Shown in pieces: positions 46,301-59,600 of a DNA stretch of 64,000 nucleotides. A program made the position numbers and the translations under genes. A model generated the notes under the pieces. The model was given only the letters and a program-made list of their open reading frames with translations, was not told where the DNA came from and searched no databases. Origin of the DNA: Gnetum montanum (Eukaryota; Plantae; Gnetophyta). The stretch is from positions 1,003,931-1,067,930 of the forward strand of contig MNCI01000556.1 in assembly GCA_015680685.1 (NCBI GenBank), given 5' to 3'. Numbering within the stretch: position 1 is the first letter of the stretch; each line of letters opens with the position of its first letter.

Positions 46301-49190
46301 TTAGAATATATCATATGCATAGCACTAAGTAGAAAACATTAAAAATAACATGGAAAGGAAAAACATTCCAATATTAGGAATGTTTACTTATATGTATAAC
46401 CTTATAATTAATATTTTTGGAAAATCAAAGAAAGGAAAATTAATTATTAATAGGGAGCATAGCCCCTACCCTAATAATATCTACATCAGTTTTAACATAT
46501 GTACTTGAACATAAAATAACAAAATAATTTAATGGAGTTATAGAAATTTAAGGTGATATACTAGCATATTTTGCATTCTTAGCACTTCTATTAGAGTTTA
46601 TTTTAATGTCTCTCCACTTGGCAACTCTACCATATCAAGATTTAAATTAGTAGGAAGTAAGATTGTAACCTTAAACTTTAAGATAAGTGTGCTTCATAAT
46701 TTTTCTACAATTATAAGTATCATAAGTCTTAAAATTTTTTTATGAATTCTTTTACAATAAATAGAGTCATTTTGATTTAGTTAATCTATTAGCACTCATT
46801 AAAAGCTATCATAAATAGGAAATTACAAGTAATTATTTTATTTTGATAAATCATAACATCATATTTAGAATTGTTGTTATATCAAGTAAGGTTGTACTAT
46901 GTTTATAATAAATTTTGTGTTTTAGTGGTGTTGCTCTTACTTTAGCAATGCTATGACATCTATATTAGTAATCATAAAACCATATTATATTGTGGACTCA
47001 TTGCACACTTAGAATTCTCATTGATACTACTATTCTTAGTCTAACATAGGTTGGAGCACTCTTGATGTCTACAACAATTCAACACTAAGTTGGTTCAGCT
47101 ATTCTATGAAAATTAATGGGCTACCACCTCAATGTAGGATTTCATCTCCTTTTTTTTTGTTGAAGCATTTGTAGATACTTCTCTTCTAATATCTTAATTT
47201 AGCCTAATATACTAAATTTCTTTAATCTTTTTTTATGATGCACTAGTTTGCCTTTTTGGTTGTGGGTATATTTCGGACTTCATCTTCTCTTACTTCACTT
47301 ATCAAGTACCATTTGGTAAGACTAGGAATTTCTTTATTTCTCTTATCTAACATGGTCTTTATGAATTGCCTTTTTCATAACCTTTTAGCTTATGAATGCT
47401 TTCTATGATTGTCATTTCAATGTTGTCTTACTTTTTCTAGTGAATCACATGTTGTATGTTCTTATTCTTTTTTTTACTTACAAAGTTTGAACTTGGATTC
47501 CTTTATACCTTATAAATAGTTATGTATCTTTATTGAGCTATTGTAACTTTTTGTAGTTGTGATTTATTAAGTTAATAAATTAATGATTGCATCTTAAGTG
47601 AGAGAGCATACTCTGACACTTTCCTTCAAGTATTAATTACTTAACTTACTCTTTCATGTATGTAAACTCAAGAGTGGTCAAAATATCTTCTTATTTTAGT
47701 AAATTTATACTTAACAAGTTCTTTCTCTCCTTCACTTATGAACATGGAAACATCCTAGCTTTTCTTTCTGTAATGTTTAATTGGTTATAATTTTTTTTCT
47801 CCTCTTCAGTTGAAATACCTTTAGTATATCCCTTAGTTATTTACTTTATAATATCTTATTATGATTACCTAACTACCTAGAACCATATCATAAATTTGAA
47901 ATACTTTTAAGATGAATTATTATGATGACCTATTTATTTACCTTGAAATTTATGTCATCAAAATGCATGAAATGAAATTTGAGTAATGTTATCATTTGAG
48001 TTTCCTAGATGAGGGTATGAAGCTCTTCATATGCAACCTTGATTAGGATTCTTTTTCACATAATTACATCATATCACATTTTCATTTTAGAAGCTTGGAG
48101 TCTTCATATTATACTATGCTTATCTTTTGTTTCTTACAATGTTTGGCACAAATCTTTATTTCTTCTTTGCACTTAGTCATCCTCTATTGTTCATTGCTTA
48201 TGGACTAGGTCTTTTATTTGTATTATCTTATGATGGAACATGTGGTCCTTTATCATAAAACACATAATACTTAAGACTAAAGTTATTATTTTAACAAATT
48301 TTATGATGAATCTTAGTTGAAAAGTTCTTGTCCTAGTGACTATGTCAAAAATTTGCATGAAATGGAACTATGACTGATATCATTTCTAGCTTCATATAAT
48401 ATAGAGCTTAAAGATAATTTATCATATCCTATTCTAATTTTAATAATTGATCAAATTTTAATTATTTTCACTTTGCACCTTTTCATTTTTCATTAGACAT
48501 AAGGTACTAACTTTCTATTTGTGGAATGAAACTATTGAATGACATATTCTTCCTATACTTTTCTTTTTATTTTATGTTTTAATCAACTTTTCTTTTTCTA
48601 ACTTCAAATAGTTGTAACTTCTTTCTTCATGTGGGCTTTACCAAGTAGGAAAATGATATAGATTGGTGTCATTCAGTATAGATTGTAAGCTTAAGTTCAT
48701 AAAATTTTTTTTTGGCACTTTGCTTATTCCTATTTTTATTAACATGTCATTTTTCCAACTAATTATTCTCTTGATCTTCTTCATAATATGTTGTGTTTGA
48801 CAACATAATTTATCTATGATTATTTTATAAAAAATTGCTTCCTTTAATATTACTCTTTTAGCTTGGATTTATAGAGGCATTTCATATATATTTCATTGTA
48901 AAGGTCCTCTCAATCTCTTAAGTTCTTTCCATAGTTCCTCCATAATTATTTGAATTTATCTTCTTAATTTCTTTGTTCAACATTTGCTTTCTTTTTATTT
49001 ACCCTTGGTAAATTTTTTATGAACGTATTTTAGTTTAAGTTCTTTATGATGTCTAATATCATGATATGAATATCTTTTAATTTTTCTTCAACTCATTATA
49101 GGCTTTAATACTATGTTACAATTTGGTTTGATACCTCTTCAATTCACTTAACAACTCTAATATACTAGAATGTAAATAAGTAGGAGATAA
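43385..49190 (-). mobile_element. Heavily decayed LINE sequence (C-terminal, RT and linker parts; probably more than one copy), interrupted by the GC-rich insertion
   Basis: IFYGCVV*GLSLD*ESLKEIERLQK*FL (~45740-45820) is homologous to the LINE at ~12930; ARTCKL at ~45205-45220; ~46960-47250 is homologous to ~56370-56620. Confidence 0.6.
43449..44731 (-). mobile_element. Poly(A)-tailed retroposed insertion encoding a decayed ATHILA ORF-1/Transposase_32-like protein
   Basis: ATATT direct repeats at 43444-43448 and 44732-44736. T9 run at the left end with AATACA ~20 nt upstream on the minus strand. GC-rich with CpGs. Translates to MGWTCML...PFYAN*GGEVTMFQGHQILVTVDIVATTIRVPARG and HFRFLQCMRTETAINLPLFL*ESL. 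Confidence 0.75.
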
Positions 49191-52100
49191 TAATGAGGAT
49201 ATCAACTTGTCTTATAAACTAATCCTTATCCTTAATGTATCCTAGAAATAGTAGGATATGTATGTTTTTGTTTTTAAGTCTTTTTGGAGTTATTTGTATG
49301 TTTTTTCTTTAGCTGAATGAACAACTACAAGCTTAATATGGATTGTAGTTAGTTGTAGTTTATTGCTATGACTAGCAACCTACTATAATATGTCTTATTT
49401 GTCAAATATGAATGTTTTCTAGCTAGGACAATGAGTTGTAAGTCCATTACGAGTCATAGTCAAATCATATTCTAAGGTTAAAAGCCACAATTTATAGCAA
49501 TATGTAGAAAAATAGAGATTAAAAATATTCTTGTTTTGCTAGAGAAATTCTATGAGTTGCAATCTACTTAGTATGTCTTCTTTATTAAGAATGAATGTTT
49601 TCTAGCTTGGACAATGGATTGCAAGTCCAATACAAGTCGTAGCCAGATCACAGTCTAAGGTTACAAGCCATAGCTGGTTGAAATTTGTAGCAAAATAAAG
49701 ATAAGAAATATTCTAGTTTTACTAAAGAAATAGGATGTGAATAATAGTCTAGTCATAGGATGATTACTGTGAGGTATTGTAAGTCATAGGCACTTGTAGT
49801 TTGTAGAAAATTAATATTTTCAAAAAGGTGCAATTTTAAATGGAAAGGGAAATGGTCAAGAAATTCCAACAATTATTCTAGATGCTATAAAAGGATAAAA
49901 TTAGCTGAAAGAAAGGTGCCTTATATCAATTGACATAGAGAGAGATTAAGAGATAGTGACAATATTTTTCTTGAGTAACTAAGTAATGAGTTCATCCTCT
50001 TGATGGTCCTTATATTATGAGAGTAGAATGAGGATCTAACTGGTTAATTGTTTATCATTGGAAGTGTGTTACTTCTAGTTTTGCAATTTATCCATTTAAT
50101 TTTGGGCAAAAATAGAGTTATCTTTATTTTTCTTATTTAATAAATAATTAATTTCGAAACTTGCATAATGAGTGAGTTTGGATTGTGAAATCCAATAGAG
50201 ATCCTCATTAGATTATTATTAGATGGTTTGCATTGAAGAGAATTCAATTCAAGTAGAGAATCCTCATATTTATTATAAGAAATGACTTCCCTAAATCATT
50301 ATTTTAGTTTATATAACTTCCATTTTTTATTTCCATACTCCTTAGGGTTTTGAAAACTTTTGTGATCAAATTGATCATTTGATTAGAGTACTAGAAAATA
50401 ATTATGAATTGTAACACCTAGTTTCTAGAAATAGCTAGGGTTTAAATATTTTAAGCTTAATCCTACTATGATTTTAGTATTTATTTCTTTTTCACATTTG
50501 AATACTCTTTAGTTTTCACATTTTCTAGTAGATCTTTATGAATTTTATCTTTTAGATTATTTCTATAATGGTACCAAAGAAGAACATAGTCTAGGCTTTA
50601 GATAAGATATGAAAGACATGACAAATGCTTTTGAGTGTACTGTTGAGAAACTTAAAAAGCTAGAAGAAAACAAAGAACATTCTACATCAAATATATTAAG
50701 GCAAGAGAATAATTGATGAGCATCTTTATCAACAAATTCTTCTAGATATTCGTTCATGTATTCTCTTAAAGATGATATTTCTTTTAAGAATGAAGAATTT
50801 GAAAATAATGAGAAATAAGATAATGATGTTTCTCATGCTACAAGTATTAAGAATAAGTATCAAGCATTCAAATTTTCAAGGAAGGGAAAGAAAAAACTTT
50901 CTTCAAAGCCTTAAGGAAACCCAATTGAAGGAATTGAGCTTACTCTTACTAGAACATGCAGACATGCTTCTAGATTACCTTATGTTGAAGTAAAGGTCTT
51001 TAATGGAATGGAAGATATTGCATCTTTTCTTGCTTTGCTCAAAATATTGAATAAATAATTTAAGCTTGAAGATGTTAAACATTATTAAAATGTGTCATAT
51101 AATTAAACAAGAACTAAAGATATGGTCCAAGTTTGATGGGAGAAGAAAATTCATTCTTATATGATAAATACTACTAGTTCGATAAAAGATTGGTCTTTTA
51201 TGCAATTTATGGTTAAGAAACCATTAAAATCTTAAAATACATGAGCCAAGGTGATAAAAATGTCAAAGAATAGTATGTGGATATCTGTATATCTATTTAG
51301 GAAGTTAAATTTCATTGAGATGACTATGAATAAGCTTTTAACTTTCATGATGGATTGAAAATAGATTTCTAGTAAGAAATTACTTTCTATGAGCCATTAA
51401 CCTTGGATTAGGCTTTTGGTTTGGCTCTCAAGAATAAGAGGAAACTTCATGACTTCAATAAAGGTTCCAAGAATTTTAATGGAAAAGAATCCAAGGCTTA
51501 TAAAGAGGATAAAGAAGTGAAGGAGAAGAGTAATGCCAAAAAAGATTCATATAATATGTAATAGAAGAACAAGAGAGGCTAAGATTCCAATAAAGGAAAA
51601 GATCATGGGAATGGTAATATTTTTAATGTTCAAGGCTTCAATTATGAAGAATGAGAACATAGTCAATGGAAATGAAAGAAACCTAAAGATTATAAGAACT
51701 AAGAACTTCATACTTTAGAGAAGGAAGAAACTTCAAATGAAGATAATTGTAGTGCTCCTTTGATTAAATATGCAACTAAATAAATTATTTTATGAGAAAT
51801 GTCAATGTTAATGAGGATACTTTAAGGAAAATCCTCTTTTGGATTAGGGTTAAATGTTTCTCTAGTGGTAAATAGATATACATCTTGATAGATGGTGATG
51901 GATAAGAGAATGTTATTTATTCGAAGGTAATGGATAGACTTGGATTGAAGACATTTCTTCATTCTACATCCTATAAAGTATATTGGCTATCTAGAGATCA
52001 TTTTCAAAAAGGAAAGAAAATATGTTTTTATCTATTAGGATTGGTTCTTCTAGACATTATGTATAGTATAATATTTTTTTCATAGATAGTGTTGATGTCA

Positions 52101-55100
52101 TACTTCGTAGAGCTTGGAATTATTATAATAAGACTACATTTGATGATGCAAGAAATATATGGTTAGTTCCTAGGAAAGATGGGATACATCAATTGATTTT
52201 TATGATGTTACAACAATGAAAATAGAGTATTTATATTAATACTTATTTGATTTTCCTTGTTGAGAAATAATATGTCAAAGTTCATGAAGAAGTTAAACTT
52301 GATTTTTTAATTCTTTCTACCATTACAACATGTAAAGAGGAGCCATAAAATGAACTTCTAGTAGTGGTGAAAACTTATGTCAAAGATTTTCCTAATCTCT
52401 TCAAAGAAAAATTGGAAAGGATTCTACAAATTATGTCTATTTCGTACCATATTCATTTTATACTTGAAGTAATCATTTTGAATAAGAGAGTTTAATAGAT
52501 GACTTTATATCGAAGAGATAGACTTCATAAATAAGTAAATTAGTTTCTCATGGTTTTATCAAGAAGTCTATTTTCTCATGTATTATTCTAGCTATTCTTG
52601 TATCTAAAAAAGACAACAATGAAATGATAGTTAGTATTGATTTTAGGGATATGAATAGGATCACTATTATGTAAATATTTTCTATTCCTAGCATGGATGA
52701 CATTCATGATGTTTTTGCAAATACTAAAATTAATTCTAAGATTGACTTAAAAAGTCATTACCATCAAATCATGAGTAGACCTAGAGATTAAAAAATAATA
52801 TTTAAAATTGTTAAAAGTTTATATGAATGTTTAATCATACTTTTTGAGAAAACTAATGCTCCAGCCATATTCATATGGCTTATACATAATGTTTTAAGAG
52901 ATCTTATTTGAAACTTTTACATAGTATTATTTGATAATAGTATTTTTTAGAGCTTCAATAAGAAAGAAGATCTAAAATACTTAAGATGGTGTGTTCAAAG
53001 TTTCATGAAGCTTAATTGGTCATCAATGTAAAGAAGTATCATTTTAGGAATAGAGAAATTATCCACCTAGATCATGTTGTCTCTAAGAACCAAGTAAAGA
53101 TGGAGCCAAGAAAGATCAAGCTAATCAAGAAATCATATTTTCTTGGTTTGACTAGTTTCTATAGGAGATTTATTAGAAAATTTAGTTTTATTACATAGCC
53201 TATGTTATCATGTTTGAAGAATAATTCTACTTATGTATGGGATGATATAAATGAAAATTATTTTTAAGATTTGAAGGTGAAAATTTATAGTTATTTAGTT
53301 TTAGAAATTCCAAATTTCTTCAAAGTTTTTGAAGTAGAGATGAATGCAAGTAGTTTTAGAGTGTGCTTTCATAAGAGGGGAAGTCCATTACATTTTTACA
53401 CAAGAATTAAACGAGTCTAGGTAAAAGTATAGTGTATATGAGAAAGAGTTATATAATATACCTCAATAAATCAAGCATTGGAGATATTATTTGTTAGGAT
53501 TTAAATTTCTTTTACTTATAAATCATATAGGACTTTAGGTTTTGAATTCTTAAAAAAATTAAATGCTAAACATATAAAATGGGGGTAGCAAATTCAAGAA
53601 TTTCATTTTGTTTAAAGCATAGAAGTAAAAAATAAAATGTAGTTGCTAATGCTTTGTTGAGAATTCATATTTCTAATTCTTATATTAAGATTCATAGTTT
53701 TGATTCTTTTACCAAATTGCATTGAAGTGATATTTCTTTTTATGAAATTTGAAAAGAATTGAATTCTCCATTATTTGGAAGGGCTGATAAATGGAAATTT
53801 TATTATATTAAGAATCATATTATTTTTTAGGATGAAAAAAATTTTCATTCTTAAATATGATTTCATAATTAAGATTCTTGAGAACAACTACAATAGTGAC
53901 ATGGTTGGACATATGGGTAAGACAAAGGCATTGGAATTATTGAGTAGAATTATTCTTTACCAAGTACATATAGAGTTTTTGTTAAATTTGTTAAGGAATG
54001 TTATGTTTGAATAAAGTTCAAAGGTGGAAAGGGTGTTGATGAACATTATATGTCATTACCAAATTGAAATGCTCCTTGGGAAAGTGTTTCTTTGGACTTT
54101 ATCTATAGCATTTTAAGAATAAAATTTGGTGATGATTATATCCTTATCATAGATAGATTTAATACGATGGTTCATTTTATTTCATGTAGAAGTAGAATTG
54201 ATGCTTCCATGTTACTAATTTATTCTTTCATCATGTTGTGAAATTGTATGACATTCCATTAAATATTGCTAACAATAGGAATGTATTATAAGTAATTTTT
54301 CAAGATATCTTTGGAAATATTGAAAATAAAGTTATCATGTTTTATAGTATATCATTATCAATCTAATTAAAAAAGTAAAGATATGAATAAATATTTTTTG
54401 AAGATATTAAGATGCTTATGTGAGGATTAGCCTCAAAGATGGAAGCATATGTTGGCACATGCTAAATTCCTCTATAATCATACTTTTCATACTAGTATTG
54501 TTAAGAGTTTATTTGCTCCAAATTATTATTTCTCATTCAAAGTGGTTAATGAATTAAGAAATTCAATAAATTTTCCTCTTTGAGTATTGATTTTATTGAT
54601 CAAATGAAGTAATTACATCAATAAGTCAAAGCTCACTTGGTGAAGAAGACTAAGGATGTGTCTTCTAAGAGCAATGAGGTTAAGAGAAAAGTTGAATTTT
54701 AGATTAAGGACTATGTGTGGATTTATTTGAGTAAAGAAAGATAAATGAATATATAATTATAAAACCTCAAATCAAGGAAAATTTGTTCATTCATAATTAG
54801 AGCCAAGATTAATCCCAATTCCTATAAGATTAACTTGTCAAATTATTTTTTTATTTCTTCTATTTTTTATGTTTCAAATTTTATTCGACATCATGGTAAT
54901 ATTATTTCATTATATTTGAAGATTAGTTTTAAAGTTCTTAAAAATGTAATTAGAGGTTAAACCCTATTGAACTTAATAAGAAAGCAAATTGTGTCTCAAG
55001 AAAGAGAGGCAAGGAGAACTAGATGTAGGCAAGAGTACTTGGTGCATTGGAGTGATGAAGGATCTACGAATGCTATTTGGATTTTTGAGATTGATTTGAA

Positions 55101-56183
55101 TATATAGGAGTTTGATGCTATTCCAAGTGTATTATCCAAATGATACAAGCCTCTTTTTTAAAATGAGAAAGATGATGAAGACATTAACCCATCTTTCAAC
55201 ATAATTCTCACTCTCCATGTATCGTAGGAATAGGTGGATATGTATGTTTATGTTTATAAATATTTTTGGAATAATTTGTATGTTTTTATTAAGTGAAGTA
55301 ATGTAACTGTGAGCTTACTATAGATAGTAGTTAGTTGGAGTTAACTACCACGAGTAGTTACAAGTTGCAATTTATCATAGTTTATCTTCTTTGTCAAATA
55401 TAAATGTTTTTTTTTTTTGGATTGGGTAGTGAGTTGCAAGTCATCTACAAGTTATAGTGAGATTATAGTTTAAAGTTGTGAGCTATATTTGATCAAAATA
55501 TGTAAAGAAATAGAGATAAAAAATATTATGATTTTACAAGTGTGATAGGAAATGAGTTACAATTTGGTCGCATGTTGATTTTTGTGATGTGTTGCAAGTC
55601 ATAGGTACTTGTAGCTTGTAAAAAAATGATTTTTTTGAGAAGACATGATTTTAAATTGGAAGACTAATGGTTGGAAAAGTTGAAGAATTATTCCATATGT
55701 TATAAAAGGATGAATGTGACCTAAATAAAGGTTCCTAATATCAATTGATATAGAGAAAGCTTGAGGGAGAGTAAGAGCATTTTTCTTAAGTAATTATATA
55801 ATGAGATCATCCTCTTGATGATCCTTCTTTCATTATGAGAGTGAAGTGATGGTTTGATGGATTGATTGTCTATCCTTGGGAGTGTATGTTTTTCATTTGT
55901 GCATTTTATCCATTTACTTTTGAGCAAGACTAAAGTTCTATTTTTTTTTCAATTAAGACTTAATTTTAACACATTCATCTTAAGTGAACTTGGATTATGA
56001 ATTCAAAGGGAGATCATCATTAGATTGTAAATAGAGAATTGGTATTAAGGAAAATTAAATTCAAGTGGATAATCATCATCTTAATTACAAGAAATAACTT
56101 CCTACTCTTGTGGTTTGCAATTTCCATTGTTATCTTCATACCTCTTCAGATTGTGAATATCCATTTGTTTACCAAATTAGTAA
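49191..56183 (+). mobile_element. Element D: ancient full-length chromovirus Ty3/gypsy LTR retrotransposon (CRM-like pol, chromodomain)
   Basis: LTRs ~49191-50377 and 55173-~56183, strongly diverged. Decayed PBS at 50378-50389, PPT at 55161-55172. LIDG (PR), IDLKSHYHQI, FLGLTSFYRRFI, GHMGKTK, PWESVSLDF, KINPNSY, chromodomain QEYLVHWSDEGSTNAIWIFE (~55030-55090). Confidence 0.88.
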
Positions 56184-56229
56184 TTAAAAAAATACTCTAT
56201 TTGGTTCTAGTAAAGTGTGACATCATATT

Positions 56230-56640
56230 CAAATGTGATGTTACTTCAAGTTGGACTATGATAAGTTTATGATAAATTCTTATGTTTCAGCGATGTTTCT
56301 CTTCTTGTATTATGTTAAAACAATTATATTAGTGGCCATATTGTCATTTTCATTATGGGTTCATGGAATAATTATGATGCTTGTTGGTATTACTATCCTT
56401 AGTTTTACATGGGTTGAGTCTTTCTAATCTCCTTCAGTAATCTACCACTTTAGCAATCCATCACTAAATTGGTTCAGTTGTTCTACAAATGATGGAATAC
56501 TACCTCAATTTAGCATATCCTTCTCTCCTTTGTAGTATTCATAGAAATTTCTCTTGTGATACCTTAATTTGGCTTACTATGATGAATTTATTTAATGTGA
56601 TTCATGATTCATTAATCTATCATTAGTACTGGGTATATCG
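56230..56640 (-). mobile_element. Probable LINE fragment
   Basis: Homologous to ~46960-47250 (CACTAARTTGGTTCAG...CTACCTCAAT). Confidence 0.45.
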
Positions 56641-56648
56641 ACTATTTT

Positions 56649-59600
56649 TGTAACAACGTTGTTCCCAACCCATTGTTTGGAGCCCCAAAAGTCCATCAAG
56701 AATATTTAGATTTGGGATGAAACTTGAGAGAAATACACCTTAGCAATCAATAGTTCTTAAAAACATGTTAACAAATAGCTTGTCAGTGTTAGCATGTGCC
56801 TTCAGTAGCATTTCAAATATTGTAAATGCATAATACTATAAAAGGCTAGATAGCACTCCCTTGCTTCACTCACATGAACACCACGGGGACTAGTAGTTGA
56901 ACCCTATAGATTCATCACCACATGCTTGTAGTTGGTGTCATGTTCTAATGAGCACACTAAACATCCAATAGCACATCACATGACACACCCAGTTTACACC
57001 CCAACATAGAGTTGAACTACAAAATCCTTCCATGTAAGGTCCTATTGAGTGGGGTAAAGAGTAAGGTTGTAGCATATTCTTACTAATGAATAGAACTACC
57101 ATGCTAGTATGGTTTTGAAGGTACAAGAAGGGGAGGACTCCTTCCGTGTCCATGGCCTCCAAACCATGGGGAAGGTAGTAGGCCACCATCAATCCTACTA
57201 CCTCTCTCACAATCCTACCCCACTAACATGAGCGTTGACCCTAGAGCATAGCCTAGGTAACCCACGAGTTAGCTACACCAAAATTGAAGGAGGATTCCAT
57301 CAATTATGGGAAAGTATGCTCATGTTATTTAGAGTCTAGTCCAAAAGGACCTTAGGTTTTGGAAGGTCCAACTACCAGGGTCTAAGACCTTAAAGATTCT
57401 TATTAAACTTGATTGTACTCCTAAGATCTAGACTTGTCATAGCATCTAACACCCAAGTCAAGAATGGTATCATTTAAGAGTTGGTATGTCCACCCTTCCA
57501 AACCTTACCTAAGATGTAGGACTATAGAAGAGCTCCTAGTGGCTTGTCGTAGAAACACAATAAAACATACCAACCTAAGGGATGTATGAGTCTAAGGAAT
57601 CACTTGACTCACTTATACCCAAAGGTCTAGGGGTCTTTAGATCAACTTAGCCTCCTTTTCTATGTGAAAATTAAGCCCCATCACTTATAAAGTTCTTTGA
57701 AAAATTCTAGGCATCCCCTTGCTTGAGGCAAGCTCTTATAGAAACTCATCCTTGAATCTTGTAAGTTACCACATGCCATGCCTCTTCTAGTCTATTTAGT
57801 TATTATCTTTCTAGAATTTTTTTTATGGGAGGATTCACTATCCATCATTGGAGTAGCCAAGATGGGAGGTCAATCACTTGCTCCTAAAAGAAGTCCAAGA
57901 TTATGTTTTCCTAGGACCTCAAACACTCCAATGGTTGCAAACTATCATCTAAGTTTAGATGGTGTTTTCTATGGACAAGAAATTTCACTTTCATATCAAG
58001 ACCATGGGTAGTCGTCTAGAAGTTTCAGATGCAATTTACACTCTTTCCTTGCATAGATTATATACAAGGTCATTCTCAAATCAAGAGGATTTTCTTAGGG
58101 TAAGAAAACCCATCAAGTAGTTGCTTTAGCATTCTACCATTAAAAAATTAATATAGAACTAAAGCTTATATGTCATAGGGTTAATTTTATCAATGATCTG
58201 GAAGGGACCATTATACTACCTCATTAATTTTGATGTAGTTCCCTATTTCAACTTAAATTAGTGAGAGTCCTATTTTAAGAGAACCTAATCTTCCATCTTA
58301 AATTCATGATATTGGCATTTTTGGTCTATGTACTTTTTCATACATTACACCACCGTCTCTAAACAATCCCTTGTAGTTTCAATGTTTTTAAACCACACCT
58401 TTAAGAACTCATCAACTAAGGAATGTCATCCTTATAAAGAGAGAGAGACCATGTATGGTGTAATGGGCTACCTTCCCATTACTAGTTGTATAGGAGAAAA
58501 TCTTGTAGTTGATGACTTCTAGATGTTGTAACTTAGCTAGACAATCCCTAATAGAATAGGCTAGTTCTTTTGATCACTATGGACATAATGTCAGAGGTAC
58601 TCCTTAAGTACATGATTTATCTATTCTATTTATCTATCTATTTGTGGATGAAAAGCTGATAATTTAAGGGTGATGCCCATCATACCAAAAAAGGCCTACT
58701 AGAAGGCACTTGTAAATTAGGGGTCACAATTTGATACTATTCCTGTAGGTAACCCAAAATATTAAACCACCCTATTAAAGTAGTACACTATGGTGTCCTT
58801 AGCTAGAGATTGAGATAGGCAAGGAATAAATATGGTAAACTTGGAAAATTTGTCCACCACCACAATGATGCTTCTCATACCTTGAACATTTGGTAGGCCT
58901 CTGATGAAATACATGGTCATTGTAGCTCATGGAAATGGTGGGATTTCCAAAGGAAGAAGAAGTCCATTAGGGCACTCCATAGAACCTTTTCTCTATTGAT
59001 ACACAAGAAAATTTTGAACATAAGCAATCACATCTTGATACATATTCAACTAGAAGAAGGTTCTCTCAATTAGTACTAGAGTTCTTTGCTACCTAGGGTA
59101 CCCATCCCATTGTGTACCATGTAACTCTCAAATACTTTGCTTATGGAGGCCATCCCAACTTGAGACACAAATCTTTTTGTATCAGAACCAAAGCAATTCA
59201 TCCCTAATTTTGAAATGTAGTGCATACCAAGTTTCTATCAACTTCATAAGGTCAATGAATTGAAGATTCCTTTTTAAACCATCTTGGGTTTGGGTCAATA
59301 GCACTTCATCACACTGGACGTGTGAGGTTTATTGTCTAGTAATAGAGAAGAGCTGCAAGATACGTTAAGGATGGTGACTCAATGCATTTGTCACCACATT
59401 CTCCTTTCTAGGATGGTAGGTTAGGTATAGATCAAACTTAGAAAGCATATCCAATTATCATGCTTGTTTGGGTCTCAACTTAGTTCAATTTAGTAGATAA
59501 ATGATGGCCAAATTATTAGTCTTTACATGGACATGACTTCCTAGCAAGTAATGCCTTCACAATCTCAAGTAATGGATAATTACAATTTCTTTCTCATGGA

